From: Vulcanimicrobiota bacterium
GTDB lineage: Bacteria; Vulcanimicrobiota; Vulcanimicrobiia; Vulcanimicrobiales; Vulcanimicrobiaceae
Direction of reading: 5' to 3'
Length of the DNA: 14,173 nucleotides
Assembly: GCA_003135555.1 (NCBI GenBank)
Contig: PLCF01000042.1
Coordinates: forward strand, 1-14,173
Both the position numbers and the translations under genes were made by a program. Shown here one piece after another: positions 1 through 8,664 of this stretch; positions within the stretch are counted from its first letter, which is position 1, and each line of letters begins with the position of its first letter. Under the pieces are notes generated by a model. The model did no database searches. It worked only from the letters and a program-made list of their open reading frames with translations, and was not told the origin of the DNA.

Positions 1-90
1 CAGCTCCCGATGGGGTCACATCAACGGCAGCGAGCGCGCGCGGCAACGACATCCGCGCCGTCTTCAATCCGTACACGAGAAGACCCGCAC

Positions 91-153
91 ACGAAGTGGC
101 CCCCGCGCAATACGAAGTAGGCCCCGCGCAATACGAAGTAGGCCCCGCGCTAG
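91..153. repeat. Three tandem 21-bp repeats (consensus ACGAAGTAGGCCCCGCGCAAT)
   Basis: Units at 91-111 (acgaagtggcccccgcgcaat), 112-132 (acgaagtaggccccgcgcaat) and 133-153 (acgaagtaggccccgcgctag). There are no spacers between units. Confidence 0.9.
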
Positions 154-170
154 CGGGGCCTCATCGTTTT
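140..170. terminator. Probable intrinsic (possibly bidirectional) terminator downstream of sigH
   Basis: Perfect 9-bp stem aggccccgc (140-148), loop gcta, gcggggcct (153-161). It is followed by catcgtttt on + and by acttcgtatt on -, and lies about 65 nt past the sigH stop. Confidence 0.65.
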
Positions 171-227
171 CCGTCGGTCTCCTCGAAGACGTCGGCTGAC
201 GGATCAGCTACGCGTCCCTATGTCCTT

Positions 228-875
228 TCAAGGGAGCTCGATCTCGGCCAAGTTCTTCTCGATCTTGCGCTTCACGCGCTGGAGCGCGTTGTCGATCGAT
301 TTCACGTGCCGGTTGAGGTCGCGCGCCATCTCTTGATACGATTTGCCTTCCAGGTACGACAGCAGCACCTGTGACTCGAGGTCCGACAGGTTCTCCTGGA
401 TGCGCGCCTTGATGTCTTCGGAGACCTCTTGATTGATCACGAGCTCTTCGGGATCGGAGGTCTTCTGCGACGGCATCACGTCGAGGAGCGTGCGCTCGCT
501 GTCTTCGTCGTAGATCGGCTTGTTGAGCGAGATGTACTGGTTGAGCGGGATGTGCTTCTGGCGAGTCGCCGTCTTGATCGCGGTGATGATCTGGCGGGTG
601 ATGCACAACTCGGCGAAGGCCCGAAAGCTCGAGAGCTTGTCAGCCTTGAAGTCCCGGACGGCCTTGTAGAGTCCGATCATCCCTTCTTGGATGATGTCCT
701 CACGGTCGGCGCCGATGAGGAAATAGCTTTTCGCCTTGATCCGTACGAAGTTCTTGTACTTGTTGAGCAAGAACTCCATCGCGAGGTTGTCGCCGGATTT
801 CGCCGCTGAGACGAGGTCCTCGTCCGGCCGCTCGTGATAGTCGAGGGCCTCGGCGACGGGCTGGGTGAGGGCCAC
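228..875 (-). CDS. sigH: RNA polymerase sigma factor SigH (Bacillota sigma-H type)
   Basis: 215 aa with SigH signatures YKNFVRIKAKSYFLIGADREDIIQEGMIGLYKA, FAELCITRQIITAIKTATRQKHIPLN and KSIDNALQRVKRK. GTG start with AAGGTAGG upstream. Canonical position after cysS-rlmB. Confidence 0.97.
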   Translation of the reverse strand: MALTQPVAEALDYHERPDEDLVSAAKSGDNLAMEFLLNKYKNFVRIKAKSYFLIGADREDIIQEGMIGLYKAVRDFKADKLSSFRAFAELCITRQIITAIKTATRQKHIPLNQYISLNKPIYDEDSERTLLDVMPSQKTSDPEELVINQEVSEDIKARIQENLSDLESQVLLSYLEGKSYQEMARDLNRHVKSIDNALQRVKRKIEKNLAEIELP

Positions 876-949
876 GTAAACCTACCTTAGGGGCAACCGT
901 CGAGCACGAAAACGCGGGCCGGAGCCCGTCAGGGCCGTGCCCGAACCGT

Positions 950-1816
950 CTAAGTATAGGAGGGTCCTTCTTCCGGGTCAAGGACAACCGACGCACTCGC
1001 CGCCGGGGGTTCGCCTGCTTCGCCACGCTGGCGAACCGCCTCGAACAGCAAAATCCCGGCCGCGACCGAGGCGTTGAGCGACTCGATTCGTCCGGCCAGC
1101 GGGATGGCGACGAGCACGTCGCACTCGCGCTGGACCAGCGGCCCGATGCCGGGGCCCTCGGCGCCGATCACCAGCGCCACGTCGCCCCGCAGGTCGACCG
1201 CGGTGTAGGCCTGGGCCCGGGGGCCCGGCGCCGCCCCGAAGACCCACATCCCGGCCTTCTTGAGGGTCCGGACCGCCTGGGCGACGTTGGCGACCCGCGC
1301 CACCGGAACGTACGCCGTCGCACCGGCCGACGACTTGCGAACGGTCGGGTTGACCCCGGCGCTGCGCCGGTCGGGGATGACGACCGCCGTGGCGCCCGCG
1401 CACTCGGCGCTCCGAATGATCGCGCCCATGTTGTGCGGATCCGTGACGTGGTCGAGCACCACGAAGAGCGCGCGGCGGTCGCGGGGCCGCAGCGCGATCG
1501 CCTCGTCGAGGCTGAGGTAGGCGAACGGCTCGCCGAACGCGACGACGCCCTGGTGCGCCTTGTAGGGGAACGACGCGAAGAAGGCGCGGCTCTCGAAGCG
1601 CACGGGGACGTTCGCGCTGCGCGCCCGCTCGAGCACGTTGCGCAGCGCCGGGTCGCGCTTGCGATCGTCTCCGACGTGGATCCGGCGCAACGGCTCGCCG
1701 GCGACGAGCATCTCGTCGACCGCGTGTAAGCCGTAGACGACGTCGTCCAGATCGATCCGCGGCGCGCGCCGCTCGCCCTGCGGGCGCCCCGCGCCTACGG
1801 GGCGGCGACGATCCAT
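950..1816 (-). CDS. rlmB: 23S rRNA (Gm2251) 2'-O-methyltransferase RlmB (SPOUT/TrmH family)
   Basis: C-terminal part of ORF 950..2710. Motifs VYGLHAVDE, HQGVVA, LDHVTDPHNMGAIIRSAE, VIGAEGPG, IPLAGRIESLNASVAAGILLFE. ATG at 1816 is preceded by AAGGA and overlaps the cysS end. Confidence 0.93.
   Translation of the reverse strand: MDRRRPVGAGRPQGERRAPRIDLDDVVYGLHAVDEMLVAGEPLRRIHVGDDRKRDPALRNVLERARSANVPVRFESRAFFASFPYKAHQGVVAFGEPFAYLSLDEAIALRPRDRRALFVVLDHVTDPHNMGAIIRSAECAGATAVVIPDRRSAGVNPTVRKSSAGATAYVPVARVANVAQAVRTLKKAGMWVFGAAPGPRAQAYTAVDLRGDVALVIGAEGPGIGPLVQRECDVLVAIPLAGRIESLNASVAAGILLFEAVRQRGEAGEPPAASASVVLDPEEGPSYT
953..981 (-). promoter_or_regulatory. sigma70/SigA-type promoter for sigH
   Basis: Minus strand TTGACC (981-976), 17 bp spacer, TATACT (958-953). 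Embedded in the last codons of rlmB, giving an ~70-nt leader before the sigH GTG. Confidence 0.8.
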
Positions 1817-3264
1817 GTCGTGCCGTCCTTGGAATCCTTGAGCGCGACCCGTTCGGCGGCGAGCGCGTCGCGCAAGCGGTCGCCCAGCGCGAAGTCCTTG
1901 TCCCGGCGCGCTCGCGCGCGCGCCTCGATCACCGCCGCAATCGCGGCTTGCGGCGTCGCCTCGCCGTTGAGGTGCAGCGCACCGCCGAGCCCCGCCTGCA
2001 GCCGTTCGACGAAGCCGGCGTCGAACTCGACCGGGCGTTCGCGGTACAGCGCGGCTTCGATCCCGAACAACGCGAACAGCTCGCGCATCAGCGCCAACCC
2101 CTCGTCGCGCTGCGCGGTATCCTCGTAGCGGAGCAACTCGCCGGCGAGATCGAACATGCCGCCCAGCGCGCCGGCGGTATTCATGTCGTCGTCGAGGTGC
2201 TCGAAGATCCGCTCGCGATAGTTTGCCGGCGCCGTGACGGTCCGCCCCGGCGCCGAGGGTTCGAGATCGCCGCTTTCCGCGCGCCGGAAGCTGCTCACCA
2301 ACTTCTCGAGCGCGCTGGTCGCCGCGCCGATCGACTCCTCGGTGAAGTTCATCGGCTTGCGGTAGCCGGTCTGCAGGAACAGCAGCCGAATCGCCAGCGG
2401 ATCGTGGCGTTCCAGCAGCTCCGAAAGCGGCTCGAAGTTGCCCAGCGACTTGGACATCTTGCGGCCGTCGAAGTTGAGCAGGCCGCCGTGCACCCAGGTG
2501 ACGGCCATCGGCGGTGCGTCCATGAGCGGCTCGCTCTGGGCGATCTCGTTTTCGTGGTGCGGAAAGATCAGATCGTAGCCGCCGCCGTGGATGTCGAAGG
2601 GCACGCCGAGCAGCGCGCGCGCCATTGCGCTGCACTCGATGTGCCACCCCGGTCGCCCCCGGCCCCACGGCGACTCCCATGCCGGCTCGCCGGGCTTGGC
2701 GAACTTCCACAACGCGAAGTCGAGCGGGTCGCGCTTGTACTCGTTCTCGGCGACGCGAGCCCCGACGAGCAGCTCGTCGACGTTCTTGCCGCTCAGCTGG
2801 CCGTACCGGGGAAACTTCGCTACGTCGTAGTAGACGCCGTCTTCGCTGGCGTACGCGTAACCGCGCTCGATCAGCTCGGCGATCATTTCGACGATCTGCG
2901 GGATGAAGTGCGTGGCGTAGGGTTCGTCATCGGGCTCGCGCACGTTCAAGATGCGCATCGATTCCCGAAATGAGTCGTAGTAGCGCTTGACTACCTGATC
3001 GAACGTCGTCCCTTCACGCTGCGCCGTGGCGATCGCTCGGTCGTCGATGTCGGTCACGTTCTTGACGTAGGTAACGCGCAAGCCGTTGCGCGCATGTTCG
3101 AGGTATCGTCGCAGCACGTCGAAGAACAAGAACGAGCGCGCGTGGCCCAGGTGTCCCTCGGCCGACGGCGTCAGACCGCACACGTAGACGCGAGCGCGTC
3201 CGGCTTGCAGCGGCGTGAAGGTCTCGACGCGCCGAGTACGCGTGTTATAAAGCCGAAGAGGCAT
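1795..3264 (-). CDS. cysS: Cysteine--tRNA ligase
   Basis: LYNT, YVCG, HLGH (HIGH), [57 protein letters not shown] and C-terminal [11 protein letters not shown]. Start placed at ATG 3264 (MPLRLYNT). Confidence 0.98.
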   Translation of the reverse strand: MPLRLYNTRTRRVETFTPLQAGRARVYVCGLTPSAEGHLGHARSFLFFDVLRRYLEHARNGLRVTYVKNVTDIDDRAIATAQREGTTFDQVVKRYYDSFRESMRILNVREPDDEPYATHFIPQIVEMIAELIERGYAYASEDGVYYDVAKFPRYGQLSGKNVDELLVGARVAENEYKRDPLDFALWKFAKPGEPAWESPWGRGRPGWHIECSAMARALLGVPFDIHGGGYDLIFPHHENEIAQSEPLMDAPPMAVTWVHGGLLNFDGRKMSKSLGNFEPLSELLERHDPLAIRLLFLQTGYRKPMNFTEESIGAATSALEKLVSSFRRAESGDLEPSAPGRTVTAPANYRERIFEHLDDDMNTAGALGGMFDLAGELLRYEDTAQRDEGLALMRELFALFGIEAALYRERPVEFDAGFVERLQAGLGGALHLNGEATPQAAIAAVIEARARARRDKDFALGDRLRDALAAERVALKDSKDGTTWIVAAP

Positions 3265-3943
3265 CCCGTCGCTCGATCTCCGCCAGGCGTGCTTCCAACG
3301 TGGCGATTCGTCCCGACAGCTCAGCGATGAGCGGCGCATTGGGATCCGGCATGTTGACGCGCGGCCGGGCCTCGGTTCCGATGACCGGCTTCCCATCCTG
3401 CAAGACGACGCGGCCCGGAATCCCGACCACGGTGGCGTTGGGCGGAACGTCTTTCACGACGACCGAGTTGGCGCCGATGCGCGCGCCGTCCCCGATCGTG
3501 ATGGCACCGAGGACCGCGGCTCCGGAACCGACCGTGACGTTGCGGCCCAGTGTCGGATGGCGCTTGGTGCGCGCGAGCGACGTTCCGCCCAGCGTGACGC
3601 CCTGGTAGATCGTGCACCCGTCTCCGATCTCGGCGGTCTCCCCGATCACCACGCCCATCCCGTGATCGATGAACACGCCGCGTCCGATTCGCGCACCGGG
3701 GTCGATCTCGATCCCGGTAAAAAACCGGGCGAACGTCGACAGGACGCGCGGCAGCACCGGAATGTGCGCGCGGGACAACGCGTGCACGAGCCGGTGCGCG
3801 ACGAGCGCGTGGAAACCGGGATAGGCCAGGACGACCTCGAGCCACCCGTTCGCCGCCGGATCGTTCTCGAGCGGCGCGCGCAGGTCCGCCAGCATGTCCT
3901 CGACCACCTTGACGGCCACGATGCTTCTACGAACCCGCGTCAT
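3245..3943 (-). CDS. cysE: Serine O-acetyltransferase
   Basis: DPAA...[51 protein letters not shown] and hexapeptide repeats. Start uncertain (ATG 3943, GTG 3919 or ATG 3895). Confidence 0.95.
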   Translation of the reverse strand: MTRVRRSIVAVKVVEDMLADLRAPLENDPAANGWLEVVLAYPGFHALVAHRLVHALSRAHIPVLPRVLSTFARFFTGIEIDPGARIGRGVFIDHGMGVVIGETAEIGDGCTIYQGVTLGGTSLARTKRHPTLGRNVTVGSGAAVLGAITIGDGARIGANSVVVKDVPPNATVVGIPGRVVLQDGKPVIGTEARPRVNMPDPNAPLIAELSGRIATLEARLAEIERRDASSAL

Positions 3944-5396
3944 CCGCGCCGGTTGCCGCGCGTCCGGGCGGCGTCGGCTGGATCGTTTCGAACGGGACGC
4001 CGCCGGGGCCGTACTTGATCGGCTCGAGGCCGCGGCCGTGGAGGATGTGCGAGTTGACCGCGCCGATGCGGATCATGATCCGGTCGTGGCCGAGCAGCGG
4101 AAAGAGCTGCGCCAGCGGCGGACCGTCGTGGCTGCCCGTCAGCGCCATGCGCAGCGCTCCGAACGCGTCCTCCTTCGCAATCCCGAACTCGCCCGCGATG
4201 ACGGGTAGGTCGGCTGCGAGCGGCAGGTCGCGCAGCTCCGGCTGAGCATCGACGTACTGCGCGACCGCGTCGAGGAAGAACAGCACCTGGCGGTTGCGCA
4301 GCCGTTCGAGTTCCAGCGCGGGGATCGTGACCGCTTCCTGGCGTAACGCTTCGACCGCTTCGATCGCTTCGCCCAGCGTGTGCACCTCGGCGCCGAACGC
4401 GTCGAGGAAACTCTCGATCCAGCGGTGCGCCGCTTCCGGGACGGGATCTTCGAGCAACCGGTGCCGCTGCATCCACTCGGCGAGCAACGCGTGGTAGCGT
4501 TCGCGCGTGAGCGCGCGCAGCGCGCGCGCATTGAACGCGCGCAGGCGCACCTCGTCGAAGACGGACGGCGAGCTGCCAACGCGCTCGAATGAGAACAACC
4601 CCGCTAGCTCGTCGAGCGTGAAGGTCTCGCGTCCGTCGGGCGGCGACCAGCCGAGCAGCGCCAGATGTTCGATCACGGCCTCGGGCAGATAGCCCGCGCG
4701 GCGCAGCCGGTCGACGGTCATCGCTTCGTCGTCCTTCGCCGGCTTGTGTTGGGCGTCTACGATGAGACCGGTATGCGCGTATCGTGGCGGCTCGTAGCCG
4801 AGCGCGAGCGCGATCGCTTTTTCGCGTGCCGTGTCGTCGAGGTGCTCGTCGCCGCGTAGAACGAGGTCGATGTGCATCGTCGCATGGTCGACCGTCGCCA
4901 TGAAGTAGGTACTGTACTCGCCGGCCGCCGTCCGCAGCTGGACGTTGCCGTCGATCGAGAGGTGCACGGTGCCCTTTATCGCGTCCTCGACGGTGACTCT
5001 GCCGGGTCCAGCCAGCCACACCGCACCGTCCTGCACGAATACGGCACGGCCACATTCGCGCACCGACCCGTCCGCCCACAGCCGGTCGAGGTGCTCGTCG
5101 TATAGGCTTCGGCGCTCGGAGCGCCGGTACGGTCCGTGCGGACCGCCGACGTCCGGGCCTTCGGCCCAGTCCAGGCCGAGCCAGCGCAGATCGCGCAGCA
5201 CAGACTCTCCGTCGCCGTCAGCACGTCCGGGCGTGTCATCGAGGAGCAGAACGAGCCGGCCGCCGGTCTTTCGCGCGAGCAGCCAGTTGAAGAGCGCGGT
5301 GCGCGCGCTCCCGACGTGCAGCGTCGCGGCGGACGGCGCGAAGCGCACCCGCAGCGCGCGCCCGGGCTCGAGCAAGTCCATCGGCCTCGCGATCAT
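3927..5396 (-). CDS. gltX: Glutamate--tRNA ligase-like protein with degenerate catalytic motifs
   Basis: [53 protein letters not shown]...LALLGWS, and anticodon domain LRMALTG..GPPL. Canonical gltX position. However SPTG is SAAT, RIEDTD is LLDDTP and KLSKR is KPAKD. Confidence 0.8.
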   Translation of the reverse strand: MIARPMDLLEPGRALRVRFAPSAATLHVGSARTALFNWLLARKTGGRLVLLLDDTPGRADGDGESVLRDLRWLGLDWAEGPDVGGPHGPYRRSERRSLYDEHLDRLWADGSVRECGRAVFVQDGAVWLAGPGRVTVEDAIKGTVHLSIDGNVQLRTAAGEYSTYFMATVDHATMHIDLVLRGDEHLDDTAREKAIALALGYEPPRYAHTGLIVDAQHKPAKDDEAMTVDRLRRAGYLPEAVIEHLALLGWSPPDGRETFTLDELAGLFSFERVGSSPSVFDEVRLRAFNARALRALTRERYHALLAEWMQRHRLLEDPVPEAAHRWIESFLDAFGAEVHTLGEAIEAVEALRQEAVTIPALELERLRNRQVLFFLDAVAQYVDAQPELRDLPLAADLPVIAGEFGIAKEDAFGALRMALTGSHDGPPLAQLFPLLGHDRIMIRIGAVNSHILHGRGLEPIKYGPGGVPFETIQPTPPGRAATGADDAGS

Positions 5397-5402
5397 GCCC
5401 CG

Positions 5403-5423
5403 CGGCGGAGCGCGCCTCCGCCG
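5403..5423. promoter_or_regulatory. GC-rich hairpin immediately upstream of the gltX-like gene
   Basis: Perfect 8-bp inverted repeat cggcggag (5403-5410) / ctccgccg (5416-5423) with a 5-nt loop, between the small-ORF stop (5432) and the ATG at 5396. No U-tract. Confidence 0.4.
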
Positions 5424-5431
5424 AAGGTCAT

Positions 5432-5584
5432 CTACTCGGCTTCGTCTTCCTCGTCTTCGGTCGCGGTGTCACCGCCGCCGGGTGGCGGTTCGCCGACCGG
5501 TCGGCCGGGCGGCATTCCGCTGGCCAGAATCTCGCCTAAGAGTTCGTCGAGATCGGTGCCTAGGTTGCGTTCGAGCAGTAACAT
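5432..5584 (-). CDS. Putative 50-aa acidic, Pro/Gly-rich micro-protein (MLLLERNLGTDLDELLGEILASGMPPGRPVGEPPPGGGDTATEDEEDEAE)
   Basis: ATG 5584 to TAG 5432 fills the gap between the LuxR gene and gltX, with a protein-like amphipathic start and acidic tail. Rare TTA/CTA codons and the lack of a strong RBS lower confidence. Confidence 0.45.
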   Translation of the reverse strand: MLLLERNLGTDLDELLGEILASGMPPGRPVGEPPPGGGDTATEDEEDEAE

Positions 5585-5656
5585 GGTCCCGGCCGGTTCG
5601 GGGGCTGCGGGCGGAAACCATGCGACCGACCTGCACCTGTCGAACGGTGCGACCGG

Positions 5657-8401
5657 ATGATATCCTCGGCCCTGGTTTGCCGCGAGATGATCGCTCGCTC
5701 GTCTGAGCTCGACGTGCTTCTGGCCTGCCTCCGGCCGGATGCAGCGCGCAGCTCGTCGGTCGTCGTCGTGTGCGGTGAGGCGGGGATCGGCAAGAGCCGG
5801 CTGGTCCGCGAGTTCGCCGCCGCCGCGCAGCGTGTCGGCGCCCGCGTCGTCACCGCGACGGCGCGCGAATACGCGAACGCACCGTACGGTACACTTGTCG
5901 AGGCGCTCGAAGCGTTGGGTGCGCACGCGCACGTCCTGGCCGAGCAGCGCCCGCGCGGCGACGGCGCCGACGAACGGGGCCGGCGGTACTCCGAAACCGC
6001 CGCACAGCTCGAGGAGTTCGCACGCAACTCGCCCGGCGGGTTGGCGATCGTCTTCGAGGACGTGCACTGGGCCGACGGTGGGACGCTCGAGGTGCTGCGG
6101 TTTCTCGCGCCGCGCTTCGCTCAGCACCATGTGACCTTCGTGGCGACCTACCGCAGCGACGTGCTCGATGCCGACCCGGTGCGGGCCGGGGCGATCGCGG
6201 CGCTCGAGCGCGACGCGGCTCACGTCATCGCGCTGGAACCGCTCGCCGGCGAACAGATCGAACGGCTGCTGCGCAGCATCTTGCGCGACGCCGCGCGCAC
6301 GCTTTCGCCGACCGCCCTGGCCGAGCTGCGCGAGCTCGCCGACGGCCGCCCGCTTTTCGCCGAGGAGCTGCTGCGCGGCGTGCTCGAACGGATCGACCGT
6401 GACGGCGACGCGCGCGCGCTCGTCCCGACCAGCATCCGCGCGACGGTGCGCGAGCGCTTCGGCTCGCTCGCGCCCGAGGAGCGGGACGTCCTCGTTCACG
6501 CAGCCGTGGTCGGCCGGCGCTTCAGCGCGCGCTTCCTCATGAGCCTGGCGGGCCTCGAGGCGACGCTGGTCTTTCGAGCGCTGCGGCGCGCGCGCGACCT
6601 GCAGCTCGTCGTCGAACAGCGCAGCGACGACGGGGACGCGTTCGCGTTTCGCCACGCGCTCACGCGCGAGGTCGTCTACGGCGAGATGCTACGTGCCGAG
6701 ACGCGCGAGCTGCATGCCCGCGTCGCGGCGGCGCTGGCGCGCGAGCCGGTGCTCGACGTCGCGGCGATCGCCGAGCACGCCTACCGCGCACGCGACGCGG
6801 AGCACGCTCTGGCGTGGGGTGAGCGCGCGGGCGATGAAGCGCTCGCATTGTACGCCTATGCCGACGCGGGCCGGCACTTCGAGCGCTGCATCGAGTTCGC
6901 GACCCTGGCCGCCGACCTGGAACGTCTGGCGAGGAAGGCCGCCGAGGCCTTCTACGCCGGCGGCGATCTCGAACGCACGACGCGCTGGCTTACCGCGGCG
7001 ATCGGCGACGGCGGCGTTGCCGCCCGGCCTGAGATCGCGCCGCTGGCAATCCGGCGCGCGCGCGTCCTCTGGGAGCTCGGACGATACGACGAAAGCATCG
7101 TCGACCTGCGCCGCCTCGCCGCCGAGATGACCGAGCCCGGGCCACGCGTCGAAGCGCTCGTGATGCTGGCCGGACTGCTCATCCCGCGCGGCCGCTTCGA
7201 AGAAGCGCTCGAGCAGCTGCGCCTGGCGGCGCCGGCGATCGGCGACGCCGAGCCGCGCCTCGTGACGCTGTACCACAGCACCTTGGGATACGTGCACGGC
7301 CTCATGGGGGACGCCGCGCAGGCGCGCGCGCACTTCGCGCTCGCGATCGCCGGCGCTCGCGAGCAAGGCGACGACAACGTCTTGCTGCGCATGCTCAACA
7401 ACAACGGCAACGTCGAGCTCGCCGCGGGGACCGTCGCGGCGGCGCGGCAGCTGTACGCCGACGCCTTGACCATCGCCGAGCGAACCAAGAACTTTCCGGT
7501 CGCCGTCGCGTGGCTGGCGCAGAATGCCGCGCTCGCCGCGCTCGTCGGCGGCGATCTCGCCGAGGCCCGCAGCCGCTTGAAGCTGAGCCGCTCGATCGCG
7601 CATGACGTCGCCATTTCACGGCGCTGGGTGACGGCCCTGACGTTACGCATCGCGACGCTGGCCGGGGAAGAGCGCGCGGCTGAGCGAGCCGACGCCGAAC
7701 GCGAGCTCGAGTCCGCACTCGCCGACGCCGACGAGCAGGGCTCTGCGGGCTTGGGCGGCGCGCTGGCCTTCGACGCGATCGCCGAGCACCGTCCGGCGGA
7801 CGCGGCGGCGTTCGTGCGGCGCGCGCTTGCGGTGGTGGCTCGACCCGACGCGCCGTATTGGGTGTTGAACGCTGCCACGCGCATCGGCGAGCCCGCCGAC
7901 CGCGATCGCGCCCGCGCGGCGCTCACGTTGCTCGCGGCGCGCGAGGGTGCACTCGGTGCTCGCGGGCTGCTCGCGCTCGCCGACGCGCGGCGGCATCTGG
8001 GCAGCCGCAGGCGCGAGGATGCCGCGGCGTGCGCGCGCGCAGCGGCGGAGGCGTTTCGCGGCGCCGGCTGGCTCATCGAAGAGGCTGAAGCCCTCGAACT
8101 CGCCGGTCGGGTCGCCGAGGCGCTGGCCTTGCTGCGCCGCGCCGGCGCGCTTGGCGAGGTCCGGCGCCTGACGGAGACGGCGCCCGCGCCGAGCCGCCGC
8201 CGCGGCGACGCCGGCTTGACGGCGCGCGAGCGCGAGATCGTCGGATTGCTCGTCGCCGGCCGGACCGCGCGCGGGATCGCGGACGAGCTGGTGATCTCCG
8301 AGCGCACCGTCGAGACCCATGTGGCCGCCGCGTATCGCAAGCTCGGCGTCTCGAATCGCCAGGAGCTCGCGGCGATCCTGGCCGCCGGGCGGGCACACTA
8401 G
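5657..8401 (+). CDS. Large ATP-binding LuxR-family regulator (AAA_16-type NTPase + TPR-like helices + LuxR HTH; LAL/MalT-like STAND architecture)
   Basis: Walker A GEAGIGKS, Walker B IVFEDVHWAD, GRPLFAEEL (GxP), FAFRHAL, Ala-rich helical repeats, and C-terminal LTAREREIVGLLVAG...IADELVISERTVETHVAAAYRKLGV. Confidence 0.95.
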   Translation: MISSALVCREMIARSSELDVLLACLRPDAARSSSVVVVCGEAGIGKSRLVREFAAAAQRVGARVVTATAREYANAPYGTLVEALEALGAHAHVLAEQRPRGDGADERGRRYSETAAQLEEFARNSPGGLAIVFEDVHWADGGTLEVLRFLAPRFAQHHVTFVATYRSDVLDADPVRAGAIAALERDAAHVIALEPLAGEQIERLLRSILRDAARTLSPTALAELRELADGRPLFAEELLRGVLERIDRDGDARALVPTSIRATVRERFGSLAPEERDVLVHAAVVGRRFSARFLMSLAGLEATLVFRALRRARDLQLVVEQRSDDGDAFAFRHALTREVVYGEMLRAETRELHARVAAALAREPVLDVAAIAEHAYRARDAEHALAWGERAGDEALALYAYADAGRHFERCIEFATLAADLERLARKAAEAFYAGGDLERTTRWLTAAIGDGGVAARPEIAPLAIRRARVLWELGRYDESIVDLRRLAAEMTEPGPRVEALVMLAGLLIPRGRFEEALEQLRLAAPAIGDAEPRLVTLYHSTLGYVHGLMGDAAQARAHFALAIAGAREQGDDNVLLRMLNNNGNVELAAGTVAAARQLYADALTIAERTKNFPVAVAWLAQNAALAALVGGDLAEARSRLKLSRSIAHDVAISRRWVTALTLRIATLAGEERAAERADAERELESALADADEQGSAGLGGALAFDAIAEHRPADAAAFVRRALAVVARPDAPYWVLNAATRIGEPADRDRARAALTLLAAREGALGARGLLALADARRHLGSRRREDAAACARAAAEAFRGAGWLIEEAEALELAGRVAEALALLRRAGALGEVRRLTETAPAPSRRRGDAGLTAREREIVGLLVAGRTARGIADELVISERTVETHVAAAYRKLGVSNRQELAAILAAGRAH

Positions 8402-8476
8402 CTCGGTACCGGAGCCGCCCAACCTCAGTACCCGTCCCGGATGCCGGGCGCCCGCCGGCCGGTTAGCCTAGACTCA
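8402..8476 (+). promoter_or_regulatory. Putative activator-dependent leaderless promoter
   Basis: TAGCCT (TANNNT -10) at 8464-8469, 6 nt before ATG 8476, with no SD. Imperfect direct repeats CTCGGTACC (8402-8410) and CTCAGTACC (8424-8432) lie upstream, 22 bp apart. No consensus -35. Confidence 0.45.
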
Positions 8477-8664
8477 TGAATGCCATGGAGCACGCTCGCA
8501 GCGTCCTGGGCGCGCTGCGGTTCGTCGCCGACCTCTCCGCAGCCGCAGCCGAATGCGACCTTGCGCGAACCCGCGACGACGAGTTGACCGCGCGCCGCCG
8601 GCTGCGCGAGATCGTCGCCTCCGACGATCTGCCGCGCGACGAGATCGGGGTCGTGGCGCTATGA
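8476..8664 (+). CDS. Hypothetical 62-aa protein
   Basis: ATG just after a -10-like box, codon usage typical of the window, helical-looking sequence. Its TGA overlaps the next ATG (ATGA 8661-8664). Confidence 0.6.
   Translation: MNAMEHARSVLGALRFVADLSAAAAECDLARTRDDELTARRRLREIVASDDLPRDEIGVVAL

Noticed and set aside
1..95. Possible 3' end of a plus-strand gene or tRNA after sigH
   Set aside because: Too short to assign; no recognisable protein motif or tRNA cloverleaf/T-loop.
91..153. CRISPR array
   Set aside because: The 21-bp units are head-to-tail with no unique spacers, and no cas genes are in the window.
96..374. 92-aa plus ORF with PAQYEVG repeats
   Set aside because: It is a translation of the tandem repeat running through the terminator and antisense into sigH.
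1817..2710. Long N-terminal extension of RlmB (586-aa ORF)
   Set aside because: Arg-rich alternative frame inside cysS; the RlmB domain begins near the ATG at 1816.
3896..3960. T-box riboswitch between gltX and cysE as in Bacillus
   Set aside because: The genes abut or overlap, leaving no room, and no T-box consensus is visible here or upstream of gltX.
5585..8422. Long antisense ORFs opposite the LuxR gene, and similar ones opposite cysS, yacL, hemW and GSCFA
   Set aside because: Shadow ORFs expected at high GC; they have no recognisable motifs and fully overlap well-supported genes.
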